A stretch of 64,000 nt of DNA from Escherichia phage ECBP2. The notes below the pieces were generated by a model. That model made no database searches. It was not told where the DNA came from and worked only from the letters and a program-made list of their open reading frames with translations. Of this stretch, positions 45,322 through 53,714 are shown piece after piece; positions within the stretch are counted from its first letter, which is position 1, and the number at the start of each line of letters is the position of its first letter. Position numbers and translations under genes: made by a program. The DNA lies in the sequence record NC_018859.1, one strand, 5' to 3'.

Positions 45322-46422
45322 TTACAGCAGTCGTTCTAATTGCATTTCCAGATGGTCTGGAATATAACCAGTGACGTTATCATCACTGCTACCCGATTCA
45401 CGCATCAATGCAAACATGTGACGAATTTCACGAACCGTTGCGATTCGAGTGCTTTCAATCTGAGGGGTGTAATAGGTCATGATCTCTTCATAGACAGCGT
45501 TGGCATTACCACGAACATATCCCAAGAAACCATAGAAGTCACCCATATCACGCAAGTTGATAAGGACTTCACCATCAGGGCCAGTCTGTTGTACACGAAC
45601 ACGACCAACCAGAGTAACAGAATGTTCACGACAGAACAGAATATCACGAGCCAAACGATAACCACCAGTCAGGTCATCATCATTAGGTGTGTAGTCCAGA
45701 GGCAGATACTGAATCATAGGAGCGAAGCGTAGCTCATTCAGTTTCTCAACATATGCTTCATTGTCCAAATCTGCATACTCAACAGCCAGTTTCTTAAGAA
45801 CCAAGAAGCGGTTGACCAGATTAAGGAGTTGGCTTTTCTTCCACTTTGGCTCTGAGATACGAAATTCAACAGAACCAAACTGAGCCAGAGGTAATAGGTT
45901 AAGGGAGGTGTACTTGTCCCAGCTATTAACAAGAGTATTGAAGAAGGCTTCACCATCTCGGTTGAACGCTGAGGAAGCATTCATTACCTGTGCTTGAACA
46001 ACAGCAAAGGCAGGACAGAAGTTGCTACGATAACGATGATATCCAGAACATTTGAACATCATCTTTTCATAGAACGTCCATCCAAGAATTACTTTCTTCA
46101 GGATATTACTATCAGCGTCACGCATATCCATATGAACGTGAGTAGAGCAGCGCCAAGTCCCTTCAGCTTCAGAGTCTTGTACTGCTTCACTCAGATTGTT
46201 AATAGCACTAAGCAATTCTACACCGTTGTAAGGCCGTGCACAAACCATCTCACAGCCATCACGAAGTGAACCATCTTCAGTACAGACCCAAAGATCTGCA
46301 TCAATTTCAGAGGTTCCTTCAACTTCCAGCTCGATGCCAATACCACACTGAAAAGCGATGCTTGGGTGCGGCTCAGCCAGACGAGCATTACGGTATCCAA
46401 AAACTTGTGCTACGGTTGTCAT
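45322..46422 (-). CDS. Glutamine-synthetase-like amidoligase
   Basis: GIGIELEVEG, CTEDGSLRDGCEMVC and RCSTHVHMD fit the amidoligase (GS-like carboxylate-amine ligase) pattern. Confidence 0.65.
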   Translation of the reverse strand: MTTVAQVFGYRNARLAEPHPSIAFQCGIGIELEVEGTSEIDADLWVCTEDGSLRDGCEMVCARPYNGVELLSAINNLSEAVQDSEAEGTWRCSTHVHMDMRDADSNILKKVILGWTFYEKMMFKCSGYHRYRSNFCPAFAVVQAQVMNASSAFNRDGEAFFNTLVNSWDKYTSLNLLPLAQFGSVEFRISEPKWKKSQLLNLVNRFLVLKKLAVEYADLDNEAYVEKLNELRFAPMIQYLPLDYTPNDDDLTGGYRLARDILFCREHSVTLVGRVRVQQTGPDGEVLINLRDMGDFYGFLGYVRGNANAVYEEIMTYYTPQIESTRIATVREIRHMFALMRESGSSDDNVTGYIPDHLEMQLERLL

Positions 46423-47045
46423 AACGTTTCCACCAACTCTACATTATATGATGACAGATCTGAAGAAATATGCTTGAACTTCTCCAGAAGGTTTAAAGAT
46501 TGACGACCATTGTCGCCGTTACCAGCAGAAAGATCAACTTGACCTACAAAAGCCCCTTTGTAGTAAACTTTACCATCAACAGGGTTAATATAGATGAAGC
46601 GAGTAACCAGACCTTCAAAGTCAGGGTTGAACAGGTTATACACCAGCTCTCCTGGAATCGAACGTCCCATTGAAGGAGGTGCACCACGCAGCTTGTTCCC
46701 CATCAGACCCTTAGCTCGCTGACGAACAGGGTTGATATGAGTCCAGCTTACCATGTTGTTACCATGTTGCAGATAGCCCACATCTGGAGATTCCAGAATC
46801 AGGCTCTGATCAAACACAGGAATACCCTGAACAACCTGTCGCTCAAACTGCCCTTCGGAGTTCTTAGACCAGCGTTCAACTTCAAAGGTTAAGGCCATTT
46901 CGGCTTCGTGAGAGAAGTCGTCTTCCCCAAAGCGGTTTGGTTGGGTTACGTTAAGCACATACAGAGGGAGATTAATCCCTCGTTCTGCGCGTTGGGCAAT
47001 CCATGTTCCGCAATAATAATGCTGAAAATCTCTTAACAGGCTCAC
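46419..47045 (-). CDS. Hypothetical protein of the amidoligase block
   Basis: GTG start after AAGGTG. ATGA overlap onto the amidoligase gene. Confidence 0.5.
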   Translation of the reverse strand: MSLLRDFQHYYCGTWIAQRAERGINLPLYVLNVTQPNRFGEDDFSHEAEMALTFEVERWSKNSEGQFERQVVQGIPVFDQSLILESPDVGYLQHGNNMVSWTHINPVRQRAKGLMGNKLRGAPPSMGRSIPGELVYNLFNPDFEGLVTRFIYINPVDGKVYYKGAFVGQVDLSAGNGDNGRQSLNLLEKFKHISSDLSSYNVELVETL

Positions 47046-47054
47046 GATAACACC

Positions 47055-47861
47055 TTAGATAATCTGAAGTTGAGAGGAGAACTTATCCGCTTCTTTAACA
47101 TCATTGCTGTTAATGATGTTGTGAAGCTTTTCGATAGGCAAACGGGAGTGCAGAGACATGAGGATTTCCATGTCACAGCCCTGAATAACCTTATCAACTT
47201 GATCGTAAACAAACTTACGAGTGGACTGTTCACCAATCCAGAAGTTCGACAGAGAACGATATTCAATACCGTAATCTTTATAACGAATCGCCGATGCCTT
47301 ACCGTAAAGTTCTTTACGACGAGTGTCCTTGTCCATCACAACCGCTGGAAGTGACAGGAAGTAATCGCACAGCACACCCAGCATCATCTGAGTCTGACGA
47401 CTAATTTCCAGTGTACCAGTAACACCGAGGTGAACGTGACCTCCAGCGGTACGCAGACCTTTGTCTGTCGCTACCGGAGATGGGTTTTTCTGACCAGTGA
47501 AGGCGTTGAAATCAGGAGTACAGCCAAATACGAAGGCTGACGGGTGGAATGATTCCAGCTCTTCAGCAGTATACACATGAGAGCTAATCCCAAGCGCAGC
47601 TTCCATACCACGTTCATGGAGAACTTTGTTGGTCAGATCAATACCACGCTGGATGTTATCATCAAACGCTTCAAACCCTTTCTGTGGGTTAATATCAAAT
47701 TCAGCCAGAACGTTGTCTTCTTGAAGACGAACATCAGGGGCCAGATCGATTTTGTTATCTTTAGAACAGCCCAGCTTACCAGCCACAGAGGTGATAACAC
47801 CAGAAGCAGTACGAACAAACATTTCAGGGTCAGAACCAATAAGGAAAGCACGCTTAGTCAT
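47055..47861 (-). CDS. Second carboxylate-amine ligase (phage COOH-NH2 ligase type)
   Basis: IGSDPEMFV, LQEDNVLAEFDINP, GCTPDFNAF, AGGHVHLG and EYRSLSNFW. Start MTKRAF overlaps the upstream stop. Confidence 0.55.
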   Translation of the reverse strand: MTKRAFLIGSDPEMFVRTASGVITSVAGKLGCSKDNKIDLAPDVRLQEDNVLAEFDINPQKGFEAFDDNIQRGIDLTNKVLHERGMEAALGISSHVYTAEELESFHPSAFVFGCTPDFNAFTGQKNPSPVATDKGLRTAGGHVHLGVTGTLEISRQTQMMLGVLCDYFLSLPAVVMDKDTRRKELYGKASAIRYKDYGIEYRSLSNFWIGEQSTRKFVYDQVDKVIQGCDMEILMSLHSRLPIEKLHNIINSNDVKEADKFSSQLQII

Positions 47862-48804
47862 TGTAATACTCCACAAGTTCATCAAAAAGGGAAACAACAC
47901 GGGCACCAGCTTCTTCTGGTGTCATTGAGGAAGGTACTGCTTGCATCAAGCGTTCAATAAAACTGCGAACAGTAATTCTGTCCATACGCTGATCTAATAC
48001 TTCACGTTTATGGCCTGCACACATTGACCAGAGACGTAACCACTCACTCATACTTTCATAATAGTCAGGGTCTTGGTCACGACGACGGGCCATACTACGA
48101 AGAACTCCGTCATTATGGTTTCGTACATAACCATCTCTGTTAGCGTCAATACCAAATATATTCTGAACCCATACGTTTTCAGAAAATTCATCAGTTGAAC
48201 AGACCAGTGGCAAAAATGCGATTGCACTCATTTCACCGGTAAAATAGGTCGCTGCTGATTCATCATCAGTATCCACATCATGTGAATAATCCCAACGACC
48301 AAAGAAGTTACGACTTAAACCAGCTAAGCGTAAAGCTAAGCCGATTCGTTGTCGCTTGAGTAACTCTTCCTTGTCTTGAACGCCTTCCTGAAGGAACTCC
48401 ATTCCCATAAAATCCCCATCCAGATAACTCCGGAGGGTCATTAATCCAGTAAACACCTTGTCTGCTGGATGGTCTCGAAGGTTCACGGCAACTGAGTTCA
48501 CCGAAGTGACAGAGAACATGTTTTTATAACAAGACATTGAGTTAAAAATGTCTGTTGCTTCAACTAAAGCTCTTTCGATATCTTTAGCTGGTGTGCTATA
48601 AAAGTTGTGAGGCCAGAAGTTAATAACTCCAATTTCTGAAGTTCTATCACGAAGGCTTGAGAGATTGATACTGTCGCCATTAATGTCTGTAACAGAATAC
48701 ATATGCTGACAGTTGAAAGTACCAAAACAAGCTCGCCCTCTGAACACTGACTCACCAAAGTCCTCTGATGGTGTTACCGGAGCAGTCGATGCGGAGATTG
48801 ACAT
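47854..48804 (-). CDS. Hypothetical protein of the amidoligase block
   Basis: 316 aa, coupled on both sides. Confidence 0.5.
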   Translation of the reverse strand: MSISASTAPVTPSEDFGESVFRGRACFGTFNCQHMYSVTDINGDSINLSSLRDRTSEIGVINFWPHNFYSTPAKDIERALVEATDIFNSMSCYKNMFSVTSVNSVAVNLRDHPADKVFTGLMTLRSYLDGDFMGMEFLQEGVQDKEELLKRQRIGLALRLAGLSRNFFGRWDYSHDVDTDDESAATYFTGEMSAIAFLPLVCSTDEFSENVWVQNIFGIDANRDGYVRNHNDGVLRSMARRRDQDPDYYESMSEWLRLWSMCAGHKREVLDQRMDRITVRSFIERLMQAVPSSMTPEEAGARVVSLFDELVEYYND

Positions 48805-48812
48805 ATTCGCCT

Positions 48813-50033
48813 CTATTTATTGAAGAATAATTTTTCCAAAATGTTTTCCCACTCTTCTGAGGGACGTACTGTATAATTACTACCTGTCAGTCCATTGGAC
48901 ATACTACTGATAATGTTATACATGTTGTAGCTTCGAGCTGAAGCTGTTTCATTGTTCCAGTTATAACCGAACACAATTTTAGCAAAAGATGTTTCAGATT
49001 CAGCCACCTCTCGGATAAATTCAACCAAGAGTGACTTTTCTGTGATGATTGGGCGGGTATCTTCCGACAGATGGCAATATTGAGGCAAAAGGATTGGCAA
49101 GAACATCGAGTTGTTCACTCGACAATCACGAACACCTTCACTGCGATAGATCAGACTGGAGAAGTCTTCATCACGCAGGTGGCCTTCACCTTCAGTGTAT
49201 TCACACTGTCGCCATTTGGTCTGGCGAGGCTCAATCATCGTACTACCAACACCCACTGTATACAGAGATGCTTGGAAGATACAGGAATCGTAATCATTCC
49301 CTGTTAAAGCAACACGTTCGTTACCGAATACATTCACTGAAGAGTTGATCAGTCGGCTGAATGCAAGAGAGGCTAAAGGAGACCAGCCCTTCTTATACAT
49401 CTTGTTCAACATTTCATACACAGCAGATTTTTCATCATCTGTATAGAATGTGCGATTCAACATCAGATAGAACAGAGCACGATCAGCGGGACAGCCATCA
49501 GTGCAAACACCCATGAACCCCACTTCATGCCACACCAGACATGAGTCAGAGTCTTTGTCCATAAATGCTGCAAAGGTTTCCATAACAACACGATCAGTGA
49601 TGTCAGGACGGTTGTTTTCTTCTGCCCATGTTTCCACATGAGAAGGAGGACGAGGGTCTTCATTTTCTAACCCTTCACGGAAATACTGAGTAGCGATATA
49701 TTCAGTATCACCATAACGTCTTACACCGTGAGCTGGAAGATGTGTTCCGGAGTTCCAGATATACTTGATTTCAGACATAGGCAACATATTCTCAAGAACG
49801 TTCTCTTCAGCAGTGCCTTGACGAACCATCATATTTTTACTCCACACCTTGATGCGGATATTCCAGCCGTAGTTGCTGTCATACGTGTTGTAGTAGTCAG
49901 GATCATCGTCTTCATCATCTTCATCATAATCACCACCCTGATAGTAACCTGCTTTAAGGAAACCATAACAAGGAGGCCAGACGGTTACAACATCTTCTGA
50001 TTCTTTCCAGCTTTGAAGTGTTACAGGGAACAT
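48813..50033 (-). CDS. Hypothetical protein of the amidoligase block
   Basis: 406 aa with an acidic DEDDEDDDPD tract. SD AAGAGGT. Confidence 0.5.
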   Translation of the reverse strand: MFPVTLQSWKESEDVVTVWPPCYGFLKAGYYQGGDYDEDDEDDDPDYYNTYDSNYGWNIRIKVWSKNMMVRQGTAEENVLENMLPMSEIKYIWNSGTHLPAHGVRRYGDTEYIATQYFREGLENEDPRPPSHVETWAEENNRPDITDRVVMETFAAFMDKDSDSCLVWHEVGFMGVCTDGCPADRALFYLMLNRTFYTDDEKSAVYEMLNKMYKKGWSPLASLAFSRLINSSVNVFGNERVALTGNDYDSCIFQASLYTVGVGSTMIEPRQTKWRQCEYTEGEGHLRDEDFSSLIYRSEGVRDCRVNNSMFLPILLPQYCHLSEDTRPIITEKSLLVEFIREVAESETSFAKIVFGYNWNNETASARSYNMYNIISSMSNGLTGSNYTVRPSEEWENILEKLFFNK

Positions 50034-50044
50034 CTTTTACCTCT

Positions 50045-50407
50045 TTACTCTGCTACCAGAAGGCCCAGAGATTTGCGAATGTAGGCAATGCTACGGAAGT
50101 TTCGGTAGTTTTCTTGGAAGCGCATTTTTTCGAATTCTGCTTCCTGAAGTTCTACCTCTGCTGCATTGTATCCTGCCACAGCCAAACTCACCACATCCTG
50201 AGGTAAGGTATTACGACGACGAATAAGATATTTATTCGCCTTTAACTTGCTTTGTGCACGAGCCATTTTGGCCTTTGCCGCCTTGATGCCATGAGCAATC
50301 CAGAGCAATTGCTGCTCCAAATCATTCTCGTCCATGCCACCCAAATCATTTGCTACTTTATGCAGCGTAGACAGGTTCACATGGCCTTTGATGGGGCGTA
50401 GGTTCAT
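50045..50407 (-). CDS. Hypothetical helical protein
   Basis: 120 aa. Confidence 0.5.
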   Translation of the reverse strand: MNLRPIKGHVNLSTLHKVANDLGGMDENDLEQQLLWIAHGIKAAKAKMARAQSKLKANKYLIRRRNTLPQDVVSLAVAGYNAAEVELQEAEFEKMRFQENYRNFRSIAYIRKSLGLLVAE

Positions 50408-50571
50408 AACTTCTCCTGTTTATCACATTGATTGGTAAGCCAGTTATAAGACCCTCTGTTGTTCTTGCTTAATTCACAAGATACAAAGGAAGTCACACGG
50501 GCAAACCCCACGGTGGCTAAGCAAATAAAGATTGCTGCCAATAAGAACTTAACTTTCAACTTATTATCCAT
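50404..50571 (-). CDS. Small membrane/secreted protein (55 aa, below ORF-track cutoff)
   Basis: SD AAGAGG. Hydrophobic segment FLLAAIFICLATVGF. The stop overlaps the next start (ATGA). Confidence 0.4.
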   Translation of the reverse strand: MDNKLKVKFLLAAIFICLATVGFARVTSFVSCELSKNNRGSYNWLTNQCDKQEKL

Positions 50572-50591
50572 ACAACCTCTTCTTTGAACTT

Positions 50592-50616
50592 AAAAAAGGA
50601 CTCTCCTAAGAGAGCC
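50592..50616 (-). terminator. Rho-independent terminator inside spacer A
   Basis: Minus strand reads GGCTCTC-TTAG-GAGAGTCC followed by TTTTTT. Confidence 0.7.
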
Positions 50617-50812
50617 AAGCTTTAAGGCCAATTAAATAGATATCACCCAATATCTGTGGATAACCTGCTCTTAAAATATTCTATCCGACGGATGTTCGAG
50701 GACTGTTCCTCTCCCTAGCATCGGCCCCATACGGGTAAGATTAAATTAAGTTTAGGTTAGTTGAGCCAGAATAGCTCACATAGCCCTCTGATACTCACAA
50801 GGGCTATAGATG
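50617..50812 (-). ncRNA. Candidate structured RNA element, copy A (homologous to 56233..56462)
   Basis: ORF-free. Begins with hairpin ATAGCCCT-12 nt-AGGGCTAT straight after a stop codon, then a TTTAAT box, then a nested stem whose base pairs covary with copy B. Ends at a terminator. Confidence 0.35.
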
Positions 50813-51064
50813 TTACTCTGTGGCTCCGTCGAAGCGTAGGATTGCTGTTGGAACAGGAATCACAACCATGTCAATCTCTAAACGGAAGAGATGGCCTGTG
50901 CTTAGCTGAACTGCTGTTACCGGTTTAGCGATACCACCAACAGATGCTGAGGGGATTCGAATAAAGAAATCCCCCGGATATTCCGTTGCACGAAATACAT
51001 CTCCCGGTGACATATCCTTTACTTGGGTAATTGATTCAGGAGGGGTTTTATTAGCAATTTGCAT
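50813..51064 (-). CDS. Small protein of the GD(V/I/F)F family (1 of 7)
   Basis: Has the shared N-terminal pattern ...(L/V)..(L/M).(P/L/A)GD(V/I/C/F)F... and a beta-rich 75-87 aa body. Confidence 0.55.
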   Translation of the reverse strand: MQIANKTPPESITQVKDMSPGDVFRATEYPGDFFIRIPSASVGGIAKPVTAVQLSTGHLFRLEIDMVVIPVPTAILRFDGATE

Positions 51065-51297
51065 TACAGACCTTTCTTAGCACGATCTTTGGCAGTTTTG
51101 CCAGTGCGGATACGGTGGGAAACATTAACCAGCTCGCCGCCTTCGACGATGGTCACGCTTTTGTTTTTCGCAATATCAAACACAGACTTCTCTGTACCAC
51201 CCAGACGAATCTGACGCGGTTCACTTTGGGTCTGAGTTGACTTGGATTCAAACTGGAACGGCTGACGGATGGCATCAATTGCGCTAACTTTAGACAT
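51064..51297 (-). CDS. Hypothetical small protein
   Basis: SD AAGGTAA. 77 aa. Confidence 0.5.
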   Translation of the reverse strand: MSKVSAIDAIRQPFQFESKSTQTQSEPRQIRLGGTEKSVFDIAKNKSVTIVEGGELVNVSHRIRTGKTAKDRAKKGL

Positions 51298-51325
51298 GTT
51301 TTTATTACCTTAAATTAAAGAGAGA

Positions 51326-51739
51326 TTAAACAACGAATTGGAACGCTTCGTATCCAAACTTGTACGAGAAACCGTGCTTGAACTTCACTACACGACCACG
51401 ATCACGGAAAGCTTTCAGACGACTGCTGAACCCAGCCATCGGCTCAGGGTCAATAGGGCTGCGAATCTTCATAGCTACAGAGTGCAGCTTGAAGCGCTTA
51501 CCAGTGCTACAGGCCATCATCACGTACTCCATACGAGTAGTCCAGATGTTAAGCACCATGCTTGTTTTCTCCGCTGACCAACCAGTCTTGCGGGCGATTT
51601 CCTTATGGATGTTAAGTTCCAAAGGAAGTGGGAATTGCTTGTTGAATGAAGCCGGATAAAGCTTGACCAGAAGATCAATGTTTTCTTTATACGTTAAGTA
51701 AGCCAATTTCTTGCTTACGTTGGGGAATTTCCCAGCCAT
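51326..51739 (-). CDS. ProQ/FinO-domain RNA chaperone-like protein
   Basis: KENIDLLVKLYPASFNKQFPLPLELNIHKEI....WSAEKTSMVLNIWTTRMEYV......GKRFKL aligns with E. coli ProQ KEVIAFLAERFPHCF...RPLKIGIFQDL...[20 protein letters not shown]...GATRVDL. Confidence 0.6.
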   Translation of the reverse strand: MAGKFPNVSKKLAYLTYKENIDLLVKLYPASFNKQFPLPLELNIHKEIARKTGWSAEKTSMVLNIWTTRMEYVMMACSTGKRFKLHSVAMKIRSPIDPEPMAGFSSRLKAFRDRGRVVKFKHGFSYKFGYEAFQFVV

Positions 51740-51807
51740 TTTTGAAGCTCCAAAACAGCGCCGAAAAGAGAGGCGTCATAGTAGCTAAAGGGAGGAGAGA
51801 AGAGGGC

Positions 51808-51924
51808 TTATTTACTTGCCTTTTTCTGTCCGTTAATGTACCAGATAACTGAACCATCAGGCTGTCGTTGACCGAAGCCTTTCAAGTTAACCATTTCTTC
51901 TTCAGAGTAGGCACGTTTTCTCAC
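51808..51924 (-). CDS. Hypothetical micro-protein (38 aa)
   Basis: GTG start 7 nt after CAGGAGA. Basic. Confidence 0.3.
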   Translation of the reverse strand: MRKRAYSEEEMVNLKGFGQRQPDGSVIWYINGQKKASK

Positions 51925-51937
51925 TGATTTTCTCCTG

Positions 51938-52195
51938 TCAGTAGAAGGTGTGTGTAGAGTCGTCGTTCATAGATAACCAAACGAAGAAGACAATCACACA
52001 GAAAGCAATAATACCGAGAGTTGCAAGGATTATAGTGTTAGCTAATGTGATATCTAACACTCTTTGCAGGTACATAAAGAATTGTATGATACCACATAAC
52101 CCTAGCACGACCCCAATAACAATAAGGAGCCAGTACGTGCAGAGAAGGACTGCATCCAATAGTGATACATACTTTGGATCATCTTTATGTTTCAC
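51938..52195 (-). CDS. Small membrane protein
   Basis: Two to three hydrophobic helices (LLIVIGVVLGLCGIIQFF, IILATLGIIAFCVIVFFVWL). Confidence 0.5.
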   Translation of the reverse strand: MKHKDDPKYVSLLDAVLLCTYWLLIVIGVVLGLCGIIQFFMYLQRVLDITLANTIILATLGIIAFCVIVFFVWLSMNDDSTHTFY

Positions 52196-52448
52196 TAATC
52201 TTCTCCACTAAATCCAGAGTTGCCGATTCAAATACAACACCAACTGGCATATTGGATGCCATATTACGAACATATCCACTCTGCATCGACACAGCTCGGT
52301 GGTATTCACAACCATTAGAGCTTTTGTTTACTTTCATGTAAATGGTTTGTTCTTTATCTTCTTTCAAAGTAAAGAAAGAGCCGATAGAAACACCTGCCAC
52401 CATTAGAGGAATATCCGCAATACGAGTTTTGTTAATGGTCAGAGCCAT
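52185..52448 (-). CDS. Small protein, distant GD.F family member (2 of 7)
   Basis: SD AAGGAG. IGSFFTLKED sits at the family motif position. Confidence 0.45.
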   Translation of the reverse strand: MALTINKTRIADIPLMVAGVSIGSFFTLKEDKEQTIYMKVNKSSNGCEYHRAVSMQSGYVRNMASNMPVGVVFESATLDLVEKISET

Positions 52449-52451
52449 TGC

Positions 52452-52706
52452 TTACTCCTTAATAGTTGCTTCAGCTTTGATAGGAATAACAGCAACATCT
52501 TTACGAGGCGCTGTCGCTCGGCCTGTGTTAAGACAGGCTACGAGTCTGTGCTCATCCGCACCTTTAATGCAGAGTCGAGTTGAGAACTCGGTAGACAGCA
52601 AGATGTATAAATCACCATCTTCACTGTTAGGATACATAAAGCAATCCCCAAGTCGCAAAGCACTGAGGGGTATTGAATTTTTACCTGCTGGCATGTTAAC
52701 TTTCAT
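52452..52706 (-). CDS. Small protein of the GD.F family (3 of 7)
   Basis: LSALRLGDCFMYPN motif. Confidence 0.5.
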   Translation of the reverse strand: MKVNMPAGKNSIPLSALRLGDCFMYPNSEDGDLYILLSTEFSTRLCIKGADEHRLVACLNTGRATAPRKDVAVIPIKAEATIKE

Positions 52707-52716
52707 TTCATCACCT

Positions 52717-53013
52717 TTATTTGTGAGAGTTTACGAACTCTTCAAGAACATTAACTGCATCTCGATATGCATTGGTAACTTTATACCAGTGATCAGTACC
52801 GAATGCACTCGGTTTGACGATTCTAACCAGACGACGGTGATAACGCACTGAGTAGACTAGATTCTCATAAGTCACCCTCAGTTCGTTTTTGCGTTCCATC
52901 TGAATAGATTTAAGGTGTCGCTTTGTTTTCCAGACTGTTACCGGCATAACCCTCTTACCTTGTTGTAAAGTATGGACCAATTTATGAAAGAACTCTCGGA
53001 AGAATGCTTTCAT
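52717..53013 (-). CDS. Hypothetical basic protein
   Basis: 98 aa. Its ATG directly follows the hairpin GGGAGG-8 nt-CCTCCC. Confidence 0.5.
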   Translation of the reverse strand: MKAFFREFFHKLVHTLQQGKRVMPVTVWKTKRHLKSIQMERKNELRVTYENLVYSVRYHRRLVRIVKPSAFGTDHWYKVTNAYRDAVNVLEEFVNSHK

Positions 53014-53231
53014 AAATAGGGGGAGGGGACGAATCCTCCCATATCCTATTAATTAATGTTGCATGTAAGACCTAACAATCCGATGCTGTAGTGGATAGCG
53101 TAAAACGCTTACCGGCATTAAACCCAGCCCATGAGGGGCTTATGTGATTAAAATGCTCAACATTGAGCGGTTAGTTGATAGGAGATCTGAAGTCCTATCT
53201 CAAAGGACTCTCGTAAGAATCCTTCACGATA

Positions 53232-53486
53232 TTACTTAGTAATAAAGACTGTCACCTTATCCATTACCCAGCCTATCAACATAAGGAAAGGTAAGAAGAG
53301 GATAAAGATCAGCATAAAAGGCCAGAAGAATATTACCGTCCAAATAGAATATTCATCAGGCTTACCACTCCATGAGGAATGGAAGAAGTTGTAGAGTGTA
53401 TTGGTTTTGAAGCACCATTTAACTACAATGGCTGCTAACCACCAACCAATAACATAAATCAGGAGGACATACGCTGCTGTAATCAT
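53232..53486 (-). CDS. Small membrane protein
   Basis: Three hydrophobic helices, W/F-rich. Confidence 0.5.
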   Translation of the reverse strand: MITAAYVLLIYVIGWWLAAIVVKWCFKTNTLYNFFHSSWSGKPDEYSIWTVIFFWPFMLIFILFLPFLMLIGWVMDKVTVFITK

Positions 53487-53713
53487 TCACCGTTCCATTG
53501 ATAGTTGCGAGTTACCACGTTTCCGTGGATAAGGAAGTGCTGGCGGCGAAGGATATCTTTAACGTTGTAGTAGGCAGCGTTACCGAGATGGCCTTCTTTA
53601 ATAAGCCAACGAAGATTACGGATATCAACCAACAGCATTTTTACTTGCTGTTGGCATGAAGTTTGAGCTGCTGTTTCAAGTAGAGCTTTCGTATCAGAAT
53701 AATGACCGGACAT
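53483..53713 (-). CDS. Hypothetical small protein
   Basis: 76 aa with an ATGA overlap. Confidence 0.5.
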   Translation of the reverse strand: MSGHYSDTKALLETAAQTSCQQQVKMLLVDIRNLRWLIKEGHLGNAAYYNVKDILRRQHFLIHGNVVTRNYQWNGE

Positions 53714-53714
53714 A

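Noticed and set aside
50655-50663. Perfect DnaA box TGTGGATAA (TTATCCACA) in spacer A, and a 7/9 match at 60771
   Set aside because: A single perfect 9-mer is expected by chance about once in 2 x 64 kb. There is no cluster of boxes and no adjacent AT-rich unwinding element.
50735-50760. TTTAAT / TATAAT boxes in spacers A (about 50737) and B (about 56403) as sigma70 promoters for the candidate RNAs
   Set aside because: No acceptable -35 hexamer or TG extension lies at a consistent distance in either copy. They are kept only as a conserved A/T box, not called as promoters.
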